From a virus, in the IMG/VR virus record IMGVR_UViG_3300023184_009648, positions 1 through 64,000 of that record: a DNA stretch of 64,000 nucleotides. One strand, given 5' to 3'. A program made the position numbers and the translations under genes. The notes beneath the pieces are model-generated. The model was not told where the DNA came from, made no database searches, and saw nothing but the letters and a program-made list of their open reading frames with translations. Of this stretch, positions 51,314-61,223 are shown piece by piece. The stretch's first letter is position 1, and each line of letters begins with the position of its first letter.

Positions 51314-51628
51314 ATGCTATCATTCTATGAATTAAACCAAAAAATGATTAAAGAAGCTGGTCCGGGTATGGTAGCTGGTCCGGGCATGGCGGCTGGTATG
51401 GCTGGTGCTCCACAACAATCTTTGGCAGCCCAACCACCTGATCCTGCTATAATAAGTCTTCAAAAGGCTCTAACACAAATTAAAGATCCTCAAACAAAAA
51501 GTTCTTTATCAAATTTGGTTAATACAGCACTAAGTCAAAAAACATTAACAGGAAAAGTTCCACCTACAGCACAACAACTTAAAGCTGCTCAAACGATGCA
51601 AGCATACCAACCAACAAAAACGACTTAA
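51314..51628 (+). CDS. Ala/Gln/Pro-rich small protein, CTS-like start (MLSFYELNQKMIKE)
   Basis: AGPGM repeats; AAGGA RBS. Confidence 0.65.
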   Translation: MLSFYELNQKMIKEAGPGMVAGPGMAAGMAGAPQQSLAAQPPDPAIISLQKALTQIKDPQTKSSLSNLVNTALSQKTLTGKVPPTAQQLKAAQTMQAYQPTKTT

Positions 51629-51630
51629 TG

Positions 51631-51795
51631 TTATTTGTTAAATGACAGATTAAATTTAGGTTTATAAAGTGCTGGTTTATTTACTTTAGAAATAAAAACA
51701 AAAGGCAATTTTGGCTTTTTGAAATAAGTAATCGGTTCGCCCGGAATATAAAGGTGGCGTCGTTCAGTCTTTTTTTTGATCCGAAAACCCTTCAT
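51631..51795 (-). CDS. 54-aa basic ORF (MKGFRIKKK...)
   Basis: Overlaps the upstream stop, AAGG RBS; below the track cutoff. Confidence 0.4.
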   Translation of the reverse strand: MKGFRIKKKTERRHLYIPGEPITYFKKPKLPFVFISKVNKPALYKPKFNLSFNK

Positions 51796-52615
51796 TTTTC
51801 TTCCTTATAATTGGCTTAGTTTTAAACTTCATTACTTGTGGAGTGAGCAATTTATTATCTATTTCATCTAAAAATCGATTGACCCCATCTAACCCTTTTT
51901 TAACAAATATGTTATTTAGAATTTTATATTTATCATTAAAATTGTGCCCAATATAATCATGCCAATTGTTTTTGGATATTTTATGAGCATATTTGTTAAT
52001 ATTTTCATCTAAAAAATTTCTTTTAAAGGCTTCTTCTGAAGACATTTCTTTTATATCATATGAAATTCTTTGAGGTAGAATTAAAATTTGTCCAAAAGGT
52101 TCACCTTTACGGAATATAAGAGTCTGATCAGGCAATGGGTTTTTAAAAACTACAAAAAATATTTTTGGCCACCATGTTGTTGAAAGATGACCGGGAATAC
52201 AACATGGAACTGTATTGGTGTGATCAGTATAAAAGCGTGGATGGGGTTCTGTTCTCAAAACATAACCATTTGGTACTTTTATATCTAGGCACGATGACAT
52301 GCCAAAATGACCCGGAGCAAAAGTCATAAAAGGTGGCATTGTCATGTGAGGAAGTCGTATGGCATCCTTACTAAAATCACCAGAAAAAACAACCTTACCA
52401 TCAACTATAGTAACATGACACTCGCCTTCAAATGTGTAAATAAGTTCAAGACCATATGTGGAAGCTTCTACATATGGAGTGCAATGCCAAGGCTGTGGAA
52501 CATCTCCATCAGTGTGGGCATTTTTATCACCTGCCCATCCGGGTATTTGTAATTTAATTTGTTGAGGTGGTATTCCTTGATCCCAACATCGATATGTCAA
52601 AGGGATTTTTTCCAT
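51764..52615 (-). CDS. DUF6065-like protein
   Basis: WHCTPYVEASTYGLEL, GHLSTTWWP, FRKGEPFGQI pattern. Confidence 0.55.
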   Translation of the reverse strand: MEKIPLTYRCWDQGIPPQQIKLQIPGWAGDKNAHTDGDVPQPWHCTPYVEASTYGLELIYTFEGECHVTIVDGKVVFSGDFSKDAIRLPHMTMPPFMTFAPGHFGMSSCLDIKVPNGYVLRTEPHPRFYTDHTNTVPCCIPGHLSTTWWPKIFFVVFKNPLPDQTLIFRKGEPFGQILILPQRISYDIKEMSSEEAFKRNFLDENINKYAHKISKNNWHDYIGHNFNDKYKILNNIFVKKGLDGVNRFLDEIDNKLLTPQVMKFKTKPIIRKKNEGFSDQKKD

Positions 52616-52655
52616 ATTTACTTCCCGAATGAATAACTAAACCAGAGGATTATAA

Positions 52656-53660
52656 ATGGGCACTGATTCACCGAATCATAATCAACAGAGAGATTACTCG
52701 CAATGCAATGATAAGTCAAGTCCACCAGACTTGAACTTAGATTCTTCTCCTCCATATTGCGAAAATCCAATTGACGCAAATATAGATGCTGAAAATAAAC
52801 GACGCATCAATGACGATAGTTTTAATTGGCTAAAAGACCAAACCATGAAAAAAACTGGATTTGGTGCTCGTGTTGATGGCGATGCTATGCAGCGTGGCCA
52901 AATCATCAATGATCCTGATCGACCTGAACGAGAGGTCATTTATCGTTATTCCAAATCAATTCGTGGTACAGATGAAGCAATGTTGGACATGTTTCGTAAT
53001 GTAGTTGTTTTAGATGAAGACGGCAAAGCATGGCCTATTCCTATAATGCTTGGCCCTCCAGAAAAAGCTGTAGCAGCAATTGTTCAAGAAAATGTACGCA
53101 AAGATGAAACTCTTGTTGTTAATCGTTTGCGTCTGCCTCTTATGGCATTAACGCAAACTAATATTGAATATGATACAACAAGATACATTTATCACAAAGC
53201 TATAAATTTTTGGCGTGATGCAACTGGCAAGCCGGGTAAACATATTAGTGAAAAATATAATCGAGATACAGTTTTTGGAACAGCTGCAGGCATTCCAGTA
53301 AACATTAGTTATCAACTAACAGCATGGACAATGTATCGAGAAGATATGAATCAAATAGTTGAACAAATTATGACAAAATTTAGTCAACTGGCATACATAC
53401 GAGTGACTGGTGTACCTTGGGAAATTGCCGTCAAGCTAGATTCAACTGCAAACAACCTGAATGCTGAACCGGGTAACCAAGCAATCAGGATAATTAAATT
53501 TGAATTTAATATGACAGCCCAAACATATATACCTCAACCAATTGTACGAAAGAAAGCAGTGCTGAAAACAAAAATTGATTTTGTTGACGGCTTGAATGAA
53601 GAGACCATAACGGCAGTGTTAGCGAGAATTGAAGCCTCAGTAAAGGAACTAGAATGTTAG
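52656..53660 (+). CDS. gp15: Tail terminator / sheath stabilizer
   Basis: PIPIMLGPPEK, RLPLM, PVNISYQLTAWT, DMNQIVEQI; upstream of the sheath gene. Confidence 0.75.
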   Translation: MGTDSPNHNQQRDYSQCNDKSSPPDLNLDSSPPYCENPIDANIDAENKRRINDDSFNWLKDQTMKKTGFGARVDGDAMQRGQIINDPDRPEREVIYRYSKSIRGTDEAMLDMFRNVVVLDEDGKAWPIPIMLGPPEKAVAAIVQENVRKDETLVVNRLRLPLMALTQTNIEYDTTRYIYHKAINFWRDATGKPGKHISEKYNRDTVFGTAAGIPVNISYQLTAWTMYREDMNQIVEQIMTKFSQLAYIRVTGVPWEIAVKLDSTANNLNAEPGNQAIRIIKFEFNMTAQTYIPQPIVRKKAVLKTKIDFVDGLNEETITAVLARIEASVKELEC

Positions 53661-53875
53661 AGATTACAAATCGAAAACGACATCCAGTACAGTTATTGAT
53701 TAGGTCTAGGAGGGCCAGTCGTTCTTTCACAACTCTCAATCTTCCGGGAGTGGGAGCAGGAAAAAATATTTTATTTTTAGAAGATGAAAGATCAACTACA
53801 TACATAGATAAAGCAGCAAACGATGGATTGATTTCCATTAAGCACATAAACAACACGATTCGAAAGGGAGAATAA
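53654..53875 (+). CDS. Small protein between gp15 and sheath
   Basis: Overlaps the gp15 stop. Confidence 0.6.
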   Translation: MLEITNRKRHPVQLLIRSRRASRSFTTLNLPGVGAGKNILFLEDERSTTYIDKAANDGLISIKHINNTIRKGE

Positions 53876-53879
53876 GACA

Positions 53880-56249
53880 ATGGCGATTCTAAAAGGGTTT
53901 CCCCCCTCTAACACAATAAGCCCCAGTGTTAGAATCACTGAAAAAGACCTAAGCTTCATCGCTCCAGACCAATCCTTCCATAGGGCTGGTTTGATCGGCT
54001 TTGCTTCTAAGGGTCCTGTAAACTTACCGACTTCTATTAGCACAAGTCGTCAACTTCATACCATCTTTGGCAATCCTCATCCTGATTCAGGCGACCCTTT
54101 CCTTCTTTATGCCGCTGATCAGTATCTTTTGGTTGCTAGCGAATTGTATGTTGTTCGTGTTGCTGACATCGATCCTGTTAGCGATGAACAAGCCACAACA
54201 GCTACTGTTGATGTACCTACAGCAGGTACTTTAATTGAGATTGAATCTGCAACTGCTGGACCTTATACATTTGATGATGATTCATTCTTCCGTTGGAAGT
54301 TAAATGGATCTCTTTCCACAAAGACTCTTGTGATTCTTGCTGGAACTTATGATGTTTCTGAAGTTGTTGATGGACTTAACTCCCAAATAGACTTTGAAAA
54401 CGATGGCATTCAGTTTTATCTTACCGATGAAAACGACGATAATAGTCCTATTGGCGTTCGCACTCTTTGGGCTTATGGACCAGACTCTTCACTAGAAATG
54501 ATTTCTGTTCAGAACTCAATTTATGGTGGATTAGTTTCTGGAGATCCTATTCGTGACAACCCTACAGGTCTTGGAACGGATATGACTGGTGCTGAAGTTA
54601 CAGGCTCTTTGACAAAATATCCCAACAATGGATATCAAGTAGCTGGCCAATATGATTTATCCGCTTTAAGTGACCTGAACCTAGAAATCGTTATTGACGG
54701 CACTGATAATGTACTCATCGATCAAGTTGTTCAAACAATTACTATCGATGCAGCTGATCAAAATATCGCTACAATCGTTGCTGCAATCAATGCTCAACGC
54801 ACAGAAGAGGCTGGAACTCTTCCGGGTGGTTGGGAAGCCATGGTTGATGGCGACAGCTTAAAATTCATGACAAAGAGTTATGGTGCTGACGCTCGTTTAC
54901 GCATTAAGCCAACAAGCACTGCCACAGACATTTTTGGTCTTTCTACCACAACTAAAGTTGGGGTGACTACTGAAGGCGTGTCTGGAGATGTAGGCATTGA
55001 AACATTTGGTTTAGTTAATGGAGGTCCTAATAACTCTGGCCTTCTTACATTTACAATTAACGCTGACTCACCCGGTATTGATGGCAACTTGACCCAAGTT
55101 GTCATTAAAAACAACATTTATGATAGGTACTTTAATGTTGAAGTATATAACAATTCAATTCAAGTTGAAGCTTGGGGTGGTCTTACAAAGGATTCTGCCA
55201 GTCGCTTCTATGTTGAAACCTATCTTGCTCTAGTGTCGGATTATGTTCGTGTAATCGACAACACTACCGAACTTGCAGGTCCTCTTGATGGCACCTATTC
55301 CTTGTCTGGTGGATCTGATGGTATTCCCGCCGATCCTGATCAACAAGATGTGCTCCTCATGGGCAGCCCTGTTGGTTTTACTGGCATCTATACCTTAAGC
55401 GAACCAGAACAAGTTGACATCGACTTGATCGCAGTTCCCGGACATTCCAGCACTGCTGTTGTACAAGAGCTTCTTGCATTCTGCCGTGATTATCGTCAAG
55501 ATTGCTTGGCAATTATTGATGCTCCTTTCGGCCTAACCGTAAAAGAAGTTGTAGATTGGCAAAATGGAACACATCCATTGAACAATGTACGCTTCGATTC
55601 CGATTTCGGTGCTCTTTACTGGCCTTGGGTCAAAATTTATGACTCATTTAACAAGGTTGATGTTTGGTGTCCTCCTAGCGGTTCCATCATGGCAACCATT
55701 GCTCGTAGCGACTTCCTTGGTGCACCTTGGTTCGCTCCTGCAGGTTTGACTCGTGGACTCGTTCCAAATGTGACCGATGTTTATAATCGTCCTACTTTGG
55801 AAGAGCGTGACTTAATGTATGGCAATCGCAACTGTGTAAATCCTATTGTGCAGTTCACAGACAGTCAAGGGTTTGTGGTGTTTGGTCAAAAGACTCTCCA
55901 ACGCCGTCCAACCGCTTTGGACAGAGTGAATGTTCGACGCTTGATGTTCTACATCGAGAAAAAGATTCGCACCTCTAGCCGTGTTCTCTTGTTCGATCCA
56001 AATGATGATGCCTTCCGCAGAACATTTACCCGTATTGCAGAAGAAATCCTTCGTGAAGTTCGTGTGGGTCGTGGTCTAAATGACTACATTATTCAAGCTG
56101 ATACCACTTTGAATACTCCCGATGTGATCGACCGCAACGAGTTCCGTGCAAGAATTGGCGTACAACCCACTCGTGCAGCTGAGTTCATGTTCATCGAGTT
56201 CTCGATCCACAGAACTGGCTCTTTTACTGAAAACGCTGAAACCTTCTAA
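53880..56249 (+). CDS. gp18: Contractile tail sheath protein
   Basis: SPSVRITEKD, GFASKGP, ALYWPW, PWFAPAG..RG, FGQKTL, DRVNVRRL. Confidence 0.95.
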   Translation: MAILKGFPPSNTISPSVRITEKDLSFIAPDQSFHRAGLIGFASKGPVNLPTSISTSRQLHTIFGNPHPDSGDPFLLYAADQYLLVASELYVVRVADIDPVSDEQATTATVDVPTAGTLIEIESATAGPYTFDDDSFFRWKLNGSLSTKTLVILAGTYDVSEVVDGLNSQIDFENDGIQFYLTDENDDNSPIGVRTLWAYGPDSSLEMISVQNSIYGGLVSGDPIRDNPTGLGTDMTGAEVTGSLTKYPNNGYQVAGQYDLSALSDLNLEIVIDGTDNVLIDQVVQTITIDAADQNIATIVAAINAQRTEEAGTLPGGWEAMVDGDSLKFMTKSYGADARLRIKPTSTATDIFGLSTTTKVGVTTEGVSGDVGIETFGLVNGGPNNSGLLTFTINADSPGIDGNLTQVVIKNNIYDRYFNVEVYNNSIQVEAWGGLTKDSASRFYVETYLALVSDYVRVIDNTTELAGPLDGTYSLSGGSDGIPADPDQQDVLLMGSPVGFTGIYTLSEPEQVDIDLIAVPGHSSTAVVQELLAFCRDYRQDCLAIIDAPFGLTVKEVVDWQNGTHPLNNVRFDSDFGALYWPWVKIYDSFNKVDVWCPPSGSIMATIARSDFLGAPWFAPAGLTRGLVPNVTDVYNRPTLEERDLMYGNRNCVNPIVQFTDSQGFVVFGQKTLQRRPTALDRVNVRRLMFYIEKKIRTSSRVLLFDPNDDAFRRTFTRIAEEILREVRVGRGLNDYIIQADTTLNTPDVIDRNEFRARIGVQPTRAAEFMFIEFSIHRTGSFTENAETF

Positions 56250-56272
56250 GAGATATATAAGGAGAACTTATT

Positions 56273-56917
56273 ATGGACATGGGACTAGGACAACTGGGCA
56301 ATGACGCCTTAGTTTTTAAAAGAAAATATCGCTGGACACTGCAGTTGAGCCCCAACTGCGGTGGTACCATTCCCGAAGCTTTCGTAAAGGTTGCGGCTCG
56401 CCCCAGCCTAACGATTGATGAGCAGGAAATCAACTACTTGCATGGCAAGATGTGGATTCCCGGCAAAGGCACTTGGGAAACAATGTCGGTAACTTATTAT
56501 GATATAGGCAATGCTGGCCCCGGCATGACTGCCTTGTTCAGTTGGTTGGCTTCTGTGTATCAATTCACAAATCCAACCACATTGTATCAAGCTTCCACCT
56601 CTGCTGGCTATGCTTGCACAGGCGTTCTCACCATGTATGATGGTGTTGGAGCCGCTATGGAAACTTGGACAATGCGTAAAATGTGGCCAACTGCTGTTAA
56701 TTTTGGCGAACTAGATTATAGCAACACTGAACCTGCCACAATTGATCTTACTCTGCGTTATAGCGAAGTACAGTACACTAGTCTTTGCGGTGGCGTTCAG
56801 ATCAATCCTTGCCATACTGGCTGCTCTGCTCCTAGCACAAATGGTCAGCAACAACGCAGCAATAGTGGTTCAACTGGCACTCAAGTTGTTACTGGCGGTG
56901 GATATCCAGTTATATAA
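56273..56917 (+). CDS. gp19: Tail tube protein 1
   Basis: KRKYRW, RPSL, PGKGTWETMSVTYYD, WPTAVNFGELDYS, LTLRY. Confidence 0.88.
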   Translation: MDMGLGQLGNDALVFKRKYRWTLQLSPNCGGTIPEAFVKVAARPSLTIDEQEINYLHGKMWIPGKGTWETMSVTYYDIGNAGPGMTALFSWLASVYQFTNPTTLYQASTSAGYACTGVLTMYDGVGAAMETWTMRKMWPTAVNFGELDYSNTEPATIDLTLRYSEVQYTSLCGGVQINPCHTGCSAPSTNGQQQRSNSGSTGTQVVTGGGYPVI

Positions 56918-56950
56918 AATCTATTTTTTGGATTTATATTACTAATATAT

Positions 56951-56992
56951 AAGAAACAGACCTTGTACATAATACAAGGTCTGTTTCTTTTT
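56951..56992 (+). terminator. Hairpin/terminator between the two tube genes
   Basis: AAGAAACAGACCTTGTA-CATAA-TACAAGGTCTGTTTCTT; abuts the AAGGAGG RBS of tube 2. Confidence 0.75.
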
Positions 56993-57005
56993 AAGGAGGT
57001 TATAT

Positions 57006-57638
57006 ATGGGAATTGATATGGGATTTGGCTTTAATATAGCCGACACAACCACTGTTTTTATGAGAAAACATCGTTGGTTGTTTAAAATTCCAGAAATCAG
57101 TGCAGAAGGCGTTGATGCACTTCCACCTTTTAAAGGAGCAAGACCTTCTTTAAGCTTTAAAGAATTAGAAGCCAATCATCTTACAGAAACAATATATTTT
57201 CCCGGACGAGCCGATTGGAAGCCAATTCCTTTAACTCTTTACGAACTCAAAAGAGCACAAGGTAGCGGTCATAATCCAATTTGGAAATGGATAAAAGAAT
57301 ATTATGATCCTAAAAATGAATCAAAAATAAAACCATCAGCAGAAGGTTTTAAAAAACCACAAGCAATTCTTGAGCTTTATGATGGTATAGGAAATGCTTG
57401 TGAAACTTGGATTTTTGAAACTATATGGTTACAAAGTATAGAATTTGGAGATCTTGACATGGGCAATGCAGATATTATTACCTGCGATTTAACACTTAGG
57501 TTTGATCGTGCTTATTTGCAAGAAGAAGAATTAAAACCTGCTGTCAATAATCCATTAGGAGGAGGAGGAGGAGGAGAAGCAGGAGCAGTTGCCGCAGGAA
57601 TTGCTGGAGGGATTTTTAGAAGTGGAGGAATTTTTTAA
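57006..57638 (+). CDS. gp19: Tail tube protein 2 (paralog)
   Basis: RKHRW, RPSL, PGRADW, FGDLDM, LTLRFD; Gly-rich tail. Confidence 0.82.
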   Translation: MGIDMGFGFNIADTTTVFMRKHRWLFKIPEISAEGVDALPPFKGARPSLSFKELEANHLTETIYFPGRADWKPIPLTLYELKRAQGSGHNPIWKWIKEYYDPKNESKIKPSAEGFKKPQAILELYDGIGNACETWIFETIWLQSIEFGDLDMGNADIITCDLTLRFDRAYLQEEELKPAVNNPLGGGGGGEAGAVAAGIAGGIFRSGGIF

Positions 57639-57761
57639 ATCAGATAATTCAATTGTTGTAATTGATAGCGATTTATAAAAATATACAACTATTTTCTAAT
57701 TAAATTTAGAAAATTTACAGCTAACGCAAAAAATTTCACTTATTTGCAAGAACAAGAATAA

Positions 57762-58049
57762 TTACTCGTCATCTTCATTTTCTTCTGATTTATCAAGTTG
57801 CATTTCTTTTTTAAGCAATTCTTGACATGCTTTTATAGCTTCTTCTAATTCTTTAGGCTTACATTTTAAAACACGACAAGCTCCACTTTTATTTAGACGA
57901 CCTTTTTTAGTATAAACTTTTGAGTCGTTCAATAAAAAAGCATCGACTAATTTGCCGAATCCAGAAGCAATCAATTTCTCAATTAACTCTTGGTTTTCAA
58001 TATTATCAAATAAACTTTTTCCTGATTTTGTCATATAGATAGTTACCAA
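57762..58049 (-). CDS. Small protein downstream of the late sigma factor (possible HTH)
   Basis: RLNKSGACRVLKCKPKEL. Confidence 0.55.
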   Translation of the reverse strand: MVTIYMTKSGKSLFDNIENQELIEKLIASGFGKLVDAFLLNDSKVYTKKGRLNKSGACRVLKCKPKELEEAIKACQELLKKEMQLDKSEENEDDE

Positions 58050-58100
58050 ATAACCCCTGTTCGGGGAAGTTAAAAAATTATATACTAAATGATTTCAATA

Positions 58101-58646
58101 TCAAGTTTCGCTGACTATGTTATGTTTTTTATACAAGTTTTTTGTTTTAGTAACTTGAAATTGATGAGACATTTGAATTTGAACATGATCCAAATATTTG
58201 CGTTTTAGTTCATTATAGTTGCGTGCAGTTCTGTATAACTGTCGAAAATGATTTAGTACACAAGTAGTCATATAATTAAAAGCTTTGCCCTTTTTAGGAT
58301 CAAAACGATCAATCTTTTCAAAACAAATCATTACACCTTCTTGAATGGCATCATCTTGATCAATTAAATTAAATTTTGCATATCTAACGATATTTTCAGA
58401 CAATGTATAAAATGCAATTGCAAGATTTTCTTGAGCTTCAGAATATTCAACAGAAATAGAAGTAAAAGTTTTTTCTATAATAGCCCAACCTGAAGGTTGT
58501 TGATATTTGCCTCGATTTAAAGTCCTTTGTTGAGCTCCACGAATATCATCCATGAGTAGTAAATATTTTACCCGTTCTTTTTTGGCTTGCTGAAATCTAA
58601 CTATAAGCTTTTCAAAAGTTTTATTGTTCAAATATTCTGTGGCCAT
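58101..58646 (-). CDS. gp55: Late-transcription sigma factor (gp55-like)
   Basis: YLNNK, DDAIQEGV..C, RFDPKKGKAFNYMTT..NHF; lacks region 4, as T4 gp55 does. Confidence 0.8.
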   Translation of the reverse strand: MATEYLNNKTFEKLIVRFQQAKKERVKYLLLMDDIRGAQQRTLNRGKYQQPSGWAIIEKTFTSISVEYSEAQENLAIAFYTLSENIVRYAKFNLIDQDDAIQEGVMICFEKIDRFDPKKGKAFNYMTTCVLNHFRQLYRTARNYNELKRKYLDHVQIQMSHQFQVTKTKNLYKKHNIVSET

Positions 58647-58702
58647 TAAACTCCTTAAATCTGAACTTTATTTTAGTTGCAATTTAATTACTTTTTTGAC
58701 AC

Positions 58703-58894
58703 ATGCTTATGAACATAGCCAAAATTTTTATTGAACTGCTTGATAAACCCGATGTTCCTCGATATTATCGTGAGCTTCAAAAGCACTACATTTCTGTTGA
58801 TATGCTAGAAGAAGCAGCAGCCATAGCATCTCTACTAGAGCGTAAGTTTGAGAAAAAAAATGAAATCTCCACTGACAATTCATCTGTTGACTAA
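58703..58894 (+). CDS. Hypothetical protein
   Basis: 63-aa ORF overlapping the next gene. Confidence 0.5.
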   Translation: MLMNIAKIFIELLDKPDVPRYYRELQKHYISVDMLEEAAAIASLLERKFEKKNEISTDNSSVD

Positions 58895-59822
58895 AGACAA
58901 TGCTGATACCATCATGTCTTGCTTAGATTCATTAAATGAATTGAATTGCGAATTATTGGTAGGAGATTTGGGCAGCAAAGACAATACTTTACATATTTGC
59001 AACAGTTATAAAGCAAAAACAATCCGATTATCTCTTAAAGACGATATCTCTGATGCTCGCAACCATATGATTGCGACATCCACAACGCCTTGGCAAATGC
59101 TTATTGAACCATGGGAAATTTTAATTTCAGGATTAGATGAAATTAAGCAAGCAGTTGCAGGAAAAAAAGCATGTTATCGTTTTAACATTTTAGAAAATGA
59201 CATTGCAAGTAAATCTTCTCGATTGTGGCATCGAAGCGAAAATAGAAAATTTGAAAATCCTATATTCTCAAGCCTTTCAGGATCATCAACAGATTTATCT
59301 GTTTTTTTAAGTTCAATCCCAAATAAAAGCTCTATTGATATCAAACAGCTTACTCAAAAATGGTATGAAAGACAACCTCTTCAAGCTGAGCCAACATATT
59401 ATTTGTCTTGCATGGAACTAAAAGACAAAAATTGGGATTCATTTTTAAATTATGCTGATCTTTATTTACATCGAGAAAAGCAAAAAACTATGTCTTATTA
59501 CATGACTCACTATTACATGGCAATGGTTTATCTATATGTTAAAAAAAATTATCAGTTATCTTTGAATCACATTATAATTTGCACAATTGAATATCCAACT
59601 ATGGCAGAATATTGGTGTTTATTGGCCGATATTTATTATGCATTGTCCGATTATAAAAGAGCTTATGAATTATATGAAAATGCTATTTTACTAGGACAAA
59701 GAAGAAAGAAAAATTCTGAGTGGCCTATGGAAATATCAAAATATAAAGAATATCCTGAAAAAATGATGAATGCTTGTCTTAATTTAAACAAAAATTCAAA
59801 AATTTATATCAGCAACATTTAG
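58860..59822 (+). CDS. GT2-like domain plus TPR protein (degenerate glycosyltransferase)
   Basis: LTIHLLTKDNAD..CLDSL, VGDLGSKDNT, DARN; canonical DxD not evident; TPR-like C-half. Confidence 0.65.
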   Translation: MKSPLTIHLLTKDNADTIMSCLDSLNELNCELLVGDLGSKDNTLHICNSYKAKTIRLSLKDDISDARNHMIATSTTPWQMLIEPWEILISGLDEIKQAVAGKKACYRFNILENDIASKSSRLWHRSENRKFENPIFSSLSGSSTDLSVFLSSIPNKSSIDIKQLTQKWYERQPLQAEPTYYLSCMELKDKNWDSFLNYADLYLHREKQKTMSYYMTHYYMAMVYLYVKKNYQLSLNHIIICTIEYPTMAEYWCLLADIYYALSDYKRAYELYENAILLGQRRKKNSEWPMEISKYKEYPEKMMNACLNLNKNSKIYISNI

Positions 59823-60199
59823 TACAAAATATCTAATTCATTTACAATTACTGTAATCATATCTTCATAACGAGCCACTGCAAGTTGTTTTCTTCCGGGA
59901 GGTAGAGATTTCAATTTTTCTTCAAGTTCATCTTTGTGACAATTGATAACACGCCAATTGTTTTCTGCTAATTTTTTTGCTTCTTCATCAAGATTGGCTA
60001 TATTTCTATTTGGATAATATGCTTGTAATTGTTGACGAGCCTCTGTCATTAGACGCTTATAAAGCGGTACATTACAAGCACAGCCCGGATTGTTAAGGTA
60101 TTTTTGAATATCTTGTTGAAAAGTAATAGGAAGACTTTCTCGAAATCGAGCATCTCTTAGAGCTTGTTTAACATCCATCAAACCAACAGATCTACTCAT
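59819..60199 (-). CDS. Hypothetical protein (NPGCAC)
   Basis: Coupled operon. Confidence 0.6.
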   Translation of the reverse strand: MSRSVGLMDVKQALRDARFRESLPITFQQDIQKYLNNPGCACNVPLYKRLMTEARQQLQAYYPNRNIANLDEEAKKLAENNWRVINCHKDELEEKLKSLPPGRKQLAVARYEDMITVIVNELDILY

Positions 60200-60483
60200 T
60201 TTTTGTCCTCTATATGCTTGTTTGGATCATAAGCTTTCATTGCAAATCCACATTTAGGGCAGCGAAATAATTTAGTCCGTTTTAAAAGCGGAGGATTATA
60301 TTGTGTTCTGGTCTTAGGATCATATTTAACGCCACCTAATTGAAAATTACTATTTTTTATTTGAACAAGATCATTCAAATCATCACCATTAGTGTAACGC
60401 TTATACTTACACTGTTGACAAAAAATCATGTACTTAAAATTATTATTGCTGGCCATTTTCCGCCTGATCAGGAAGACTAACAA
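60196..60483 (-). CDS. Zn-ribbon protein
   Basis: CQQC..CPKCG. Confidence 0.6.
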   Translation of the reverse strand: MLVFLIRRKMASNNNFKYMIFCQQCKYKRYTNGDDLNDLVQIKNSNFQLGGVKYDPKTRTQYNPPLLKRTKLFRCPKCGFAMKAYDPNKHIEDKK

Positions 60484-60784
60484 TTGTTGCTGCTTCCAAA
60501 TAATTTAAAATAACCGCTGCTAAATTAGATAAAAATCCCCCAGCACATCCACAGGCAAAAATTTGCAATGGATTTTCTGTGAGCCAAACATAACCCATTA
60601 AAAACCCAGTCCAAGTACCAGCACAAAGATAGCAATCAACTATGCTGCCAATTTTTGGATAGCCTACTTTTTGAGAAAAGCTTTTAACAAGATCACGAAA
60701 CCATTGGAGAATGGTTCCGTCTACAATAATGTGACACATGCCAACTGTACTAAAAACAAACAAAAACAAAGAAATAGCGCTCAT
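60443..60784 (-). CDS. DUF1360-like membrane protein
   Basis: TM helices with CYLCAGTW. Confidence 0.55.
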   Translation of the reverse strand: MSAISLFLFVFSTVGMCHIIVDGTILQWFRDLVKSFSQKVGYPKIGSIVDCYLCAGTWTGFLMGYVWLTENPLQIFACGCAGGFLSNLAAVILNYLEAATIVSLPDQAENGQQ

Positions 60785-60798
60785 ATTTTTTCCTTGGG

Positions 60799-61158
60799 TT
60801 AACGCCAAAATGTAATTGATAACTGATCTTTACTGCGATGTAGACAGAAATCTTTATATTCAGTGAACTCACAAAGCCGATCAGCTTCATCCATGTTGCA
60901 ATTATAATGATCGACAATCTTATGATTCAAACGCTGCAAAAGCACAGATTCACCAAAATATGTTTCTAAAGTTTTTAAATGACGCTCTTCTAATGTATTA
61001 AGAACTTCAAAAACACTTCTTTGTCCATGAGCTTTAAGTCCGGGAATTCTATATGCTAATTGCCATTGATCGAATTGTTGCCTAAACTCTGGAAGAAGTG
61101 CTTGAACTTCTTTTTTAAAAAAAATTATTTCTTCAATGTTTCGAAGATTTATTTCCAT
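60799..61158 (-). CDS. Hypothetical protein
   Basis: 119-aa ORF. Confidence 0.55.
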   Translation of the reverse strand: MEINLRNIEEIIFFKKEVQALLPEFRQQFDQWQLAYRIPGLKAHGQRSVFEVLNTLEERHLKTLETYFGESVLLQRLNHKIVDHYNCNMDEADRLCEFTEYKDFCLHRSKDQLSITFWR

Positions 61159-61223
61159 AATACTCTGACTATTTTAACCAATGAAGGATATACTCTAAAC
61201 TAGTATCCAAGGAGACTTTTCAA

